DNA of 64,000 nt, taken from assembly GCA_963693095.2 (NCBI GenBank), contig OY843768.1, forward strand, positions 1,792,001-1,856,000. The letters run 5' to 3'. Shown one piece after another: positions 9,850-17,805 of the stretch. The notes below the pieces were generated by a model that saw only the letters and a program-made list of their open reading frames with translations, was not told the DNA's origin and ran no database searches. The stretch comes from Cenarchaeum sp. (GTDB taxonomy: Archaea > Thermoproteota > Nitrososphaeria > Nitrososphaerales > Nitrosopumilaceae). Each line of letters begins with the position of its first letter. Position 1 is the stretch's first letter. A program made the position numbers and the translations under genes.

Positions 9850-10397
9850 TCTGCCATCCAGCGAGATATTGCAGCATGGGCGGCATCGACGAGCTCGTCG
9901 ATGCCAATGTCATTGTTTGATATCGTCTCGTCTGCGAGTGCTATCGAGTCGCTCATGCCGACTTTCATCTCGCGGCCGTCGCGCTCATCAAGGCCACCGC
10001 GGTCACTCGGGTCATCCGAGCGAGCGCGCGCCTTGAGGAGGCCGAGGCGCCGCGGCGCCGCGGCGTGAACGGCGAGTATCCTGACGCGCCCATGCTTTCG
10101 AAGACAGTCGATCTCGGCGTTGGAGCGCACGCCATCGACGATGACCGCACCGTCGCCAGAGCGCTCGATCTCGCCCTCGATGAGGCCGGCTATTGCGCCC
10201 TGCCCGCCGGACTCTCGCAGCTCGAGCATGAGCTTTCCGAGGTTCGGGCCAGTCGGCTCTATCTTGCGCCGCGCGGCCTCTGCCCTCACGGCATCTCCCA
10301 TCGAGACAGTCACAATGCCGCGCCGCGCAAGCGCACCGGCGATCGTTGACTTGCCCGCGCCGGGCATTCCAGTCAGGCAGACTATCAGGCGCGCCAT
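9846..10397 (-). CDS. UPF0200 / dephospho-CoA-kinase-like P-loop kinase
   Basis: TGMPGAGKST, MGDAVR, VDGVRS, R.DD and RD.RE motifs. Confidence 0.85.
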   Translation of the reverse strand: MARLIVCLTGMPGAGKSTIAGALARRGIVTVSMGDAVRAEAARRKIEPTGPNLGKLMLELRESGGQGAIAGLIEGEIERSGDGAVIVDGVRSNAEIDCLRKHGRVRILAVHAAAPRRLGLLKARARSDDPSDRGGLDERDGREMKVGMSDSIALADETISNNDIGIDELVDAAHAAISRWMAE

Positions 10398-10503
10398 CTG
10401 AACTCGCGCGCGCCCCGGCCGCTATATTGAAGCTTGCCGGATCGCGCCCACGTGACGGCCCCACTCACAACACATTAACCCCAATGCCGCCGCGCACGCG
10501 CCC

Positions 10504-11031
10504 ATGCGCGCCTTTGTCGGCATTGACATCACAGACGGGCCGACCCTGGCCGCCCTCGCGCGCACGCGCTCGCTTCTCGGAGAGCCTGCGCGCCGGCGCC
10601 ATGACCACATCACGCTTGCGTTCCTCGGCGAGATCGACGAGCCGACTGCGGCTGCGGCAGCCGACGCGCTAGAGGCCGTTGAGTTTGGCGCCTTTGATGC
10701 GCATATCGCCGGCCTTGGCGCATTCCCGTCACTAGGGCGCCCGCGCGTCCTCTGGGTCGGCGTGCGGGAGGGCTCTGATCAAGTCTCCTCGCTTGCGCGC
10801 AGCGTCGTCTCTGCGCTCGGCCCGCTCTGCCCGCCGACGCGCACGCGCCTTGTCCCGCACATCACCGTCTCTAGGGTTAAAAGCGGGCACGCGCCGCCGC
10901 GTGCCGTGATCAGCGAGTGCCGTGATGCGGTCATTGGCGTGCAGCGAGTCGACTCGATATCGCTAAAGCGCAGCGACCTCGCAAGCGATGGCCATGTGCA
11001 CACAACCCTCAAGACCGTGGAGGCCCTCTGA
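10504..11031 (+). CDS. thpR: RNA 2',3'-cyclic phosphodiesterase (2H family)
   Basis: MRAFVGI start, two HIT motifs (HITLAFLGE, PHITVSR) and PRVLWVG. Confidence 0.9.
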   Translation: MRAFVGIDITDGPTLAALARTRSLLGEPARRRHDHITLAFLGEIDEPTAAAAADALEAVEFGAFDAHIAGLGAFPSLGRPRVLWVGVREGSDQVSSLARSVVSALGPLCPPTRTRLVPHITVSRVKSGHAPPRAVISECRDAVIGVQRVDSISLKRSDLASDGHVHTTLKTVEAL

Positions 11032-12413
11032 TGGGGCGCACGGCGGCAAGGAAACCGCGCGCACGCGCTGCCACGATGGCGCGCGCAATGGCTACGGCGA
11101 AGAGGCGCATCATCCCGTCAGCGTCTGAGGCGCGCGCAATAGAGTCAGTCGCGGCAGAGGCCATGGAACTCGTCGGCTGCGAGATAGATGGCCGACAGGG
11201 AATACAGGGGGCCGAGCTAGGCGGCTCTTTTGCAAAGGGGACGTGGCTTGCCGGAGCTGACGTTGACATCTTTGTCGTCTTTGACGAGTCAGTCAGCGAC
11301 TCTCGCCTCGCGTCTGAGTCAAGAAGGGTGGGATTTGCGTCGATGGCAGACCACAGGCCGTACGTGCGATATGCGTCGCACCCCTATGTCGAGGCCACTA
11401 TTCGGCGCACAAAGGTCAACGTTGTGCCATGCTATGGCGTAAAGAGCGGCAACTGGCGCAGCGCCGCTGACCGATCGCGCTTTCACACAAGGTTCATGCG
11501 CGACGCCCTTGATGGCACGATGCGCGATGACGTGCGGATCCTAAAGCGCCTCCTCCAGTCAAACGGCCTCTATGGGGCAGAGCTTGCGCGCGAGGCATTT
11601 AGCGGGTACGCGTGCGAGGTCCTCGTAAGCCACCACGGCTCACTCGAGCGCGCCGTGCGCGCACTCGCCCAGGCGAGTCGCGGGCTAGTCATCGGTGAGG
11701 CCGCCGGCAAGCAAGAGACGCCGGTGGCCATAATGGACCCCGTAGACTCGAGCAGAAACCTCGCGCTCGCCGTCTCGCCGGCCAACATTGGGAGGCTCAT
11801 CATGCTCTGCCGCGCCCTGCTTGCGCGCCCGAGCGCCTCGATGATACTGTCTGGCGCGCGCGCCGCGCCGGACAGCGGCGTGCTAAAGACGACGGTAACT
11901 GTCAGGTTTGGCTCGCGCCCGCGCCCGCCTGAGACCATATGGGGGCAGGCAAAGAGTGCTGCCTCTGCGCTGGCCTCGCGCCTCTCTTCGGGCGGCTTTG
12001 GCGTCATGCGCCACGGCGCGCACGTCGATGCGCGTGGGCGCGTCACGCTGGCGTTCGTCCTAGAGTCCACGTCGACATCGCGCTGGTCAGTCGGCATGGG
12101 CCCTGACCACTTTGATGCGGCCAACGCGTCAGGCTTTGTGACTGCCAACGCCGGCCGCTCTCCGCTAGTCTGGGTGGGCGCTGACTCGCGCCTGCGCGCG
12201 ATCCGCCAGAGGGAGCACACGACGGCCGCAGCCCTCCTTGAGGACTCACTCACGCGCCGCCTTGGCGACTCTGGCGTGCCGGCCGGCCTAAAGCGCGACA
12301 TACGTGCCGGATTTGCCGTCCGGACCGGCGTGCGCGCCTCTGATCGCACATTCCTTGAAACCATGCATGATCTTGTCTCAACGGACACCAGGTCCTTTGG
12401 CCGCAGCCGCTAG
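11031..12413 (+). CDS. cca: archaeal class I CCA-adding enzyme
   Basis: GGSFAKGTWL...DVDIF, ASHPYV, SAADRS.FH, YGAE and FSGY motifs. The exact start is uncertain. Confidence 0.93.
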   Translation: MGRTAARKPRARAATMARAMATAKRRIIPSASEARAIESVAAEAMELVGCEIDGRQGIQGAELGGSFAKGTWLAGADVDIFVVFDESVSDSRLASESRRVGFASMADHRPYVRYASHPYVEATIRRTKVNVVPCYGVKSGNWRSAADRSRFHTRFMRDALDGTMRDDVRILKRLLQSNGLYGAELAREAFSGYACEVLVSHHGSLERAVRALAQASRGLVIGEAAGKQETPVAIMDPVDSSRNLALAVSPANIGRLIMLCRALLARPSASMILSGARAAPDSGVLKTTVTVRFGSRPRPPETIWGQAKSAASALASRLSSGGFGVMRHGAHVDARGRVTLAFVLESTSTSRWSVGMGPDHFDAANASGFVTANAGRSPLVWVGADSRLRAIRQREHTTAAALLEDSLTRRLGDSGVPAGLKRDIRAGFAVRTGVRASDRTFLETMHDLVSTDTRSFGRSR

Positions 12414-12414
12414 A

Positions 12415-13146
12415 ATGTCCGGCCCGCCGTATGACGGCGTGCTCGGGTACCCGCGCGCGACGCGCAGGCAGCTCGCGTCCCGCCTCAGCGCGCTGGACCG
12501 TCTCGGCGTGAGCCGCGTGATCCTCGAGGGGCCTGTTCTCCTGGGGCGCGCGCGCGTACTCGGCAAGGGATACTCGGGCGTCGTGCTCGCCGCGCGCTGG
12601 CGCCGGCGCGACGTTGCGCTAAAGATGCGCCGAACCGACTCGCCGCGCCGCACGATGGGCTCTGAGGCCCGGCTCCTTGCGGCGGCCAACGCCGTCGGCG
12701 TGGGCCCGCGCCTCCTGGCGCACTCGCGCGACGCGCTAGTCATGGAGCGCGTGGAGGGAATGCCCATAGGCTCCTGGCTCGAGTCGCTTCGGGGTCGGCG
12801 CGCCGCGCGAGTGCGCGCCGTCATACGCCGCACGCTAGAGTCGTGCCGCGCGCTGGACCGTGCGGGGATAGACCACGGCGAGCTCTCGATGATCTCGTGC
12901 CACGCCATAGTCGGTGAGGACGATTCCGTCACGATAATAGACTTTGAGAGCGCATCGGCCTCGCGCCGCGTCTCAAACGTGACCTCGGCCGCGCAGGCCC
13001 TCCTTGTGGGCGCTGCGCTCTCGCGGCGCGTGAGGAAGATGTGCGCGCTTGCGGACCGCGACACCATAGTCGGCCTCTTGCGCGCATACAAGGCGTCAAT
13101 GTCTGACGAGTCATTTGGCGCTCTCCTGGAGGGACTGCGCACTTGA
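12415..13146 (+). CDS. RIO/Bud32-like Ser/Thr protein kinase
   Basis: LGKGYSGVV, VALKMRRTDS, IDHGELS and IIDFESAS motifs. Confidence 0.85.
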   Translation: MSGPPYDGVLGYPRATRRQLASRLSALDRLGVSRVILEGPVLLGRARVLGKGYSGVVLAARWRRRDVALKMRRTDSPRRTMGSEARLLAAANAVGVGPRLLAHSRDALVMERVEGMPIGSWLESLRGRRAARVRAVIRRTLESCRALDRAGIDHGELSMISCHAIVGEDDSVTIIDFESASASRRVSNVTSAAQALLVGAALSRRVRKMCALADRDTIVGLLRAYKASMSDESFGALLEGLRT

Positions 13147-13751
13147 GCGAGGAGGCCGTGCGCCACCTGCGGCGCGATGCGCGCCTGGGTCCGGTCGTTG
13201 CGCGGGTGGGCCCCTATGGCCTGCGCCGTGTGCGCAACCGCTACGAGTGCCTCGTCGGCGCGATCGTAAACCAGCAGCTCGCCGGTTCAGCGGCACGGCC
13301 AATATTGGCGCGCTTTCGCGCACTGCATGGCCCGAGGTTTCCAAAGCCAAAAGACATTGCAAAGACGCGCGAGTCGACGCTCCTCAAGGTGGGCCTCTCG
13401 AGGATGAAGGCCTCGTACATACGCGGCATCTCGAGTGAGATATCGACAGGCCGCCTGCGACTCGACGCGCTCTCGAGGATGGATGACGAGTCAGTCATCG
13501 AGCGGCTCTCGGAGATTCGCGGCATCGGGAGGTGGACCGCCGAGATGTACCTAATGTTTGCGCTCGGGCGCCCTGATGTCCTGCCAGTCGGCGACTATGG
13601 CCTCAGGGCCGGCGTGCGCGACCTGTTCGGGATGCGCGAGCTGCCAACGCCGGCCGAGCTGCAAAAACGCGCCGAGCCGTGGAGGCCGTACAGGTCGGCG
13701 GCCACATGGTACATCTGGAAGGGCGTGCGAGGCTTTGGCGAGCTCGGCTAG
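13143..13751 (+). CDS. alkA: DNA-3-methyladenine glycosylase II (HhH-GPD family)
   Basis: IVNQQL, HhH motif RGIGRWTAEM, LPVGD and WRPYRS.A. Confidence 0.88.
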   Translation: MSEEAVRHLRRDARLGPVVARVGPYGLRRVRNRYECLVGAIVNQQLAGSAARPILARFRALHGPRFPKPKDIAKTRESTLLKVGLSRMKASYIRGISSEISTGRLRLDALSRMDDESVIERLSEIRGIGRWTAEMYLMFALGRPDVLPVGDYGLRAGVRDLFGMRELPTPAELQKRAEPWRPYRSAATWYIWKGVRGFGELG

Positions 13752-13797
13752 ACTGGCCCATTATGACATTTATGTGAGATGAACCGGCCCCATCGGC

Positions 13798-14328
13798 GTG
13801 AACGCAAAGGTCCTAGTCGTCATCGCAGTCATCGGCCTCGTGGCCGCCATCGGCGCAATCGCGCTCCCCCCTGGGCAGCCTGACTCGCCCAGTGCGCCTG
13901 CTGCGCCGCAGGGCATCACGCTGACACTAGAGTCGATATCGGTCAGCTCGGCGAGCTTGCGCGCCCTCCACGTCGAGCTAGAGTTTGAGGCGACAAACCC
14001 CGATCCGGCCACGGTTCTCCTCCAGTATGTCAAGTATGTAGTCTCGGCTGACGGCCGGCGCATCCACACGGGCCTCATAGGCGAGCGCCCCGAGGGCTTT
14101 GTCGCCTCGTCGAACTTTGTCACGCTCATCGAGGGCCGCGCAGTCACCCTCGCATCCGAGTTTGCCATCCCGAACACGGGTGCGGATCCCGAGTTCTGGG
14201 AGACCCTCTCGGCTGACAGCGTCGAGTGGACCGTCAGCGCCGAGGCCTCTTACAGCCACAGCTCGATGGTCGCCGGCGGCGAGAACCTCGAGACGTTCGA
14301 GTTTGTGCGTGGGCCTAATGTATCATAG
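13798..14328 (+). CDS. membrane-anchored hypothetical protein (LEA14/WHy-like beta domain)
   Basis: N-terminal transmembrane helix followed by a FEATNPDP beta-rich domain. Confidence 0.65.
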   Translation: MNAKVLVVIAVIGLVAAIGAIALPPGQPDSPSAPAAPQGITLTLESISVSSASLRALHVELEFEATNPDPATVLLQYVKYVVSADGRRIHTGLIGERPEGFVASSNFVTLIEGRAVTLASEFAIPNTGADPEFWETLSADSVEWTVSAEASYSHSSMVAGGENLETFEFVRGPNVS

Positions 14329-14370
14329 AATGATCATTTTACAATACTTTATCTAAACTAGAATAAATTT

Positions 14371-14386
14371 AGAAAAATAATATAAG
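14371..14386 (+). promoter_or_regulatory. BRE + TATA promoter of the small ORF at 14411
   Basis: AGAAAAATAATATAAG located about 25-40 bp upstream of ATG 14411. Confidence 0.6.
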
Positions 14387-14410
14387 CGCACGACAGCTCT
14401 CTTGAACACA

Positions 14411-14521
14411 ATGGCAGAAGCAGGCATGGCCGCATTTGGATCGGCAGTCGGTGTTGCAATTGCGTTCGCCGTAGTGGCGTTCGCACTTCGCGGCAAGGGT
14501 CACCACGAGCCCCTAGAGTAA
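14411..14521 (+). CDS. 36-aa single-TM small protein (below the ORF-track cutoff)
   Basis: Translates to MAEAGMAAFGSAVGVAIAFAVVAFALRGKGHHEPLE* and has a strong upstream TATA box. Confidence 0.7.
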   Translation: MAEAGMAAFGSAVGVAIAFAVVAFALRGKGHHEPLE

Positions 14522-14644
14522 TACGGCACGGCGCCACTAGGTGCCGAGTCGACCAGGGCTTTTCTTTGATGCTCCTAGCGCGTCCTGCGCGCAGGGTGCG
14601 AAAAAACAAGCAAGCAAGAGGCTCAGGACTATCGTCTGCTGCCC

Positions 14645-15298
14645 CTAGGCGTCAGGGTTGTGACCCAGGATATCGGATATGAGCCTTATCGGCCGGCCGA
14701 TGCGCTGCTTTGCAAAGCAGCGCTCATAGTACTGGCACGAGGCGCACTCGGGGGACGGCTCTATTATGGGGAGGCGCTTTCCCTCGGCGAGTAGGTCGCC
14801 TAGGACGCGCACGCGCCGGATCGTCTCCTCGAACATTCGCTTGTCGCGCGTGAGCGAGAATGACGTCTCTGTGCGGTCTGCCGAGATGTAGACGATGACG
14901 CCGTCGGCCTTGTCGTGCATCCACATGTACGAGTTGAGCGCGAGGAGGTCGCCGGCGATCGGAATCTTTGGCGGGGGGTCTGCAGGCCTGAATATGATGA
15001 CTGTGTCCTCGACTATCATGTCTGCCCTGCCGACTAGGGAGACCCCGCCGACGTCATAGGTCACCTCTTCAGGCGCATAGCCGAGGCGGCGAAGCATTCC
15101 GGCGATGAGGTCGCTAAAGGCGCGTGGCGGCGAGTCGAGTGGTGAGTCCCTGTCATAGTATGACCTGCGCAGGCAGCGCGTGACCTCGTGGACGTGGATC
15201 TTTGAAATGTCAGTCGCGTCGATCGTCGGATCGATCTCGCGCGATATCGACTCGAGCGCACTCGTGATGAACTGGCGATAGTCCTTGTCCCCCATCAT
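14645..15298 (-). CDS. solo Cas4-like protein (Fe-S staple; nuclease motif degenerate)
   Basis: CLRRSYY plus C-terminal CASCQYYERC. The ExK motif is missing from GRADMIVEDTVIIFRP. No CRISPR array in the window. Confidence 0.75.
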   Translation of the reverse strand: MMGDKDYRQFITSALESISREIDPTIDATDISKIHVHEVTRCLRRSYYDRDSPLDSPPRAFSDLIAGMLRRLGYAPEEVTYDVGGVSLVGRADMIVEDTVIIFRPADPPPKIPIAGDLLALNSYMWMHDKADGVIVYISADRTETSFSLTRDKRMFEETIRRVRVLGDLLAEGKRLPIIEPSPECASCQYYERCFAKQRIGRPIRLISDILGHNPDA

Positions 15299-15332
15299 GG
15301 CGCTGCCGCGCGCGGGGCACTCCTAGATTAAC

Positions 15333-16379
15333 CTATGTCTGCGAGTCGGCCACGATGGCCCTGGCCATGACCGTCTCGGGCGCTATGCCCTGCTCGACGG
15401 CATATGCGATCGACGCGATATTCCTGACCTCGTACGCCACGAGCTTTGTTATGGCAATTATCGTCGCAAGGCTGAACATCTTTGTGAAGGCCCTGTTGCA
15501 TGAGGCGTACATTTCAAGCTCCATGGCCCGCTCAAAGCCGGCGACAGTGTCGAGGTCGGTGCCAGACTGTGGAACCATCGGGCCGTACCTGGTGGAGGCG
15601 ACCTCTGACAGCGCGTCGCGAACCGATGCGGCGCCTGCCATGCGCTCCAGGGCCGCACGCGGAACACTCGGCGTCGAGCCGGCAGTCAGGTCCAGAGTTG
15701 CTGCCTCGTCCAGGCCCCAGAGGCGGCCGCGCAGGACCGCCATGATATTGTAAAAGTCAACGTCGGCCCCGATCATGCGCGACACGTTGCGCTCGCGCGA
15801 CTCGCGGGCCGCGCGTGCGAGCTCGATGTGCATCGTCTTGTCGAGGTATGTGTCGATCGCCTGTATCTGACCGCGCTCGCCATACAGCGCGACTGCGCGC
15901 GCAACCTCGTCGCCGAGGCGCGTCCCGCGAAAGCTAGCTGCGGCCTCTTCTAGATCCTTTGCGACTAGCGCCTTTACTAGCGTGTCGCGCTCGCGCGCCA
16001 GCTCGGCAGCACGCATGTTTATGTGGCGCTCGATCTCGTCTTGTGTCTTGCCGAGTGCCTTGCCCTTTAGGACCATCTTTAGGTTCCAGATGACGAGGCG
16101 GCGATAGTATGCGTCAAGGACGCCCCTGTCGCCGGCCGCGCGCGCCATGGCGTGGTGCATCTCGGCGAGGTGCGCCCCGAGGGCCGCCTCGATCTGCGCT
16201 GCGCTGTGCGGGGCCTGCAGGTCGGCGACTGCCGGCCCATAGCGCGTGTTCTTTATCCTTGTGAGGAGCTCGTCCATGCCGCGTGACTCGGCGAGGGCCT
16301 GCAGGTCGGCGCGCGAGAGGAGCTTGCCCTTTTGGCCGTATGCCTTGACTGACGCGTAGAGGCGTGCTGCCTTGCCCAT
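15333..16379 (-). CDS. atpC: A/V-type ATP synthase subunit C
   Basis: YASVKAYGQKGKLL, WNLKMVLKGK, DFYNIMAVLRG and YEVRNI motifs. ATG 16379 follows a TATA-like box. Confidence 0.88.
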   Translation of the reverse strand: MGKAARLYASVKAYGQKGKLLSRADLQALAESRGMDELLTRIKNTRYGPAVADLQAPHSAAQIEAALGAHLAEMHHAMARAAGDRGVLDAYYRRLVIWNLKMVLKGKALGKTQDEIERHINMRAAELARERDTLVKALVAKDLEEAAASFRGTRLGDEVARAVALYGERGQIQAIDTYLDKTMHIELARAARESRERNVSRMIGADVDFYNIMAVLRGRLWGLDEAATLDLTAGSTPSVPRAALERMAGAASVRDALSEVASTRYGPMVPQSGTDLDTVAGFERAMELEMYASCNRAFTKMFSLATIIAITKLVAYEVRNIASIAYAVEQGIAPETVMARAIVADSQT

Positions 16380-16441
16380 TATGGGCAAAGGGCCGTTATA
16401 TTGCGATTTTAATGTTGCCGCCGGGGGTCGAGGCATTGAGC

Positions 16442-17704
16442 CTAGGAGGGTATCGTTGGGCACGCGGCTCCTGACTGTGCGCGCTCTAGCGCATTCTGCG
16501 CCCTGACTCGCGCTAGTGAGACCTCGCGTTCTGCGATCTCGGGGTCTATCTCGCGTATGACCTGGGGGACATCAGGCACCTGGGGGCTGTCCGGACACCT
16601 CGTCTGGTAGTGGATCGCGTTCACGCGCGCCCACTCGGCGATGCCGGCGGCCATGGGGAGAAGCTTGCCGACCTCGATCTTTGCATAAAGCGCAGACGCA
16701 AAGTCCTCATGTCTGGCACCGGCATCCCAGTGTGCGATGTGCCGCCACAAGTCCCTGATCGCATTACCATGCGCGAGGAGATCCACGATCGCGTCATCAT
16801 CGGCTGTCCCTCCACCGTCAGCCTCCTTTATCGTCGGATATATGTCAAGAAACGCTGCGAGCTCCATGACGACATGCCTTAGATAATGGGACATCTTGAG
16901 GCCTTGTGTGCGGTTCCAGAGCTCTGGCGCCTCGTGTCCCTCTGCATAAAACTTGGCCACGTGCAGGTACTTGTTGATGGCTATGCTCAATCCCCAGTGG
17001 AGCCTGATGAGCTCGGCAATCTGGGGAAGCACAGACGTGCCCATGCCGGCAATATTGAGGCAATGAATGGACGTCTCCTTTTTTTGCCGTTCTATTGCAT
17101 TGGGAAGCGAGCGTGGATTGTCGAGCTCTATCTTCGTATTGTTTACAGTGACCTTGGCGAGTGCAGTTTGGAACACGTCAGGGAGCGCATGGGTTATTCC
17201 GTCAATGAACATGTTAATCATGTTTGCGCACGTAAGAAACGAGTTCTCCCGCATTTGTCCCTCACCCGTGTACATTTCCTGCGTGTCAATCTTGAGACGC
17301 GGTACAGAGTTACGCAGATCCGGCAAGGCATTGATCGTATGGCGTATCCTTTTCTCAATGTTGCCCAAGTGCGCGACGCGCATTTCTTGGGTCGCACCAA
17401 GCTGGACATTAAAATCATTGAGAACCCTGACAAACTTGTGGGCGTGTATGGACATGTGGCGCAATGTCGATATCACGACATACTGACCCAGGTCAGACAT
17501 CTCGGGCGGGGAGCTAATCATGTCCTCAATCTCGAGGTCAAGCAAGAGGCGCAGCTCAAACATGTGGACTGCGGCGCTCTCTAGGTCTGTGAGCGGCTCG
17601 GCGCTAGGTGGGCTGTCAATGTATGCGCTAAACATCTTGTATGGCACAAAGTTGCCGTTCTCCCCTAGTGGCTCGTATGCGTCGTCTAGCCAATAGTCCT
17701 GCAT
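16442..17704 (-). CDS. ~420-aa family paralog 1 (putative tandem degenerate HEPN, AbiU2-like)
   Basis: MQDYWLDD start, ENSFLTCA and QNALER motifs shared with four paralogs. LRNSVPR and LWRHIAHWD are HEPN-like segments. Confidence 0.7.
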   Translation of the reverse strand: MQDYWLDDAYEPLGENGNFVPYKMFSAYIDSPPSAEPLTDLESAAVHMFELRLLLDLEIEDMISSPPEMSDLGQYVVISTLRHMSIHAHKFVRVLNDFNVQLGATQEMRVAHLGNIEKRIRHTINALPDLRNSVPRLKIDTQEMYTGEGQMRENSFLTCANMINMFIDGITHALPDVFQTALAKVTVNNTKIELDNPRSLPNAIERQKKETSIHCLNIAGMGTSVLPQIAELIRLHWGLSIAINKYLHVAKFYAEGHEAPELWNRTQGLKMSHYLRHVVMELAAFLDIYPTIKEADGGGTADDDAIVDLLAHGNAIRDLWRHIAHWDAGARHEDFASALYAKIEVGKLLPMAAGIAEWARVNAIHYQTRCPDSPQVPDVPQVIREIDPEIAEREVSLARVRAQNALERAQSGAACPTIPS

Positions 17705-17707
17705 GGC

Positions 17708-17755
17708 CTAGAGCACCTCTGGCGTGTTCCCGCCTGCCGGGATGATGCCTCTCAT
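17708..17755 (-). other. 15-aa upstream ORF (MRGIIPAGGNTPEVL) ending 3 nt before the paralog 1 start
   Basis: ATG is 26-31 bp from an ATATAA box and the ORF contains GAGGTG just before the downstream ATG. Confidence 0.45.
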
Positions 17756-17805
17756 GTTGGTCAGACAGTTGTCAGGCGTGTTATATCGCTTTCTGCGTGT
17801 TTCGG

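Noticed and set aside
14400-14640. Possible RNase P or SRP RNA
   Set aside because: The signature motifs are absent and the region is explained by the 36-aa ORF.
14645-15298. CRISPR-Cas locus
   Set aside because: No repeat-spacer array or other cas genes anywhere in the window.
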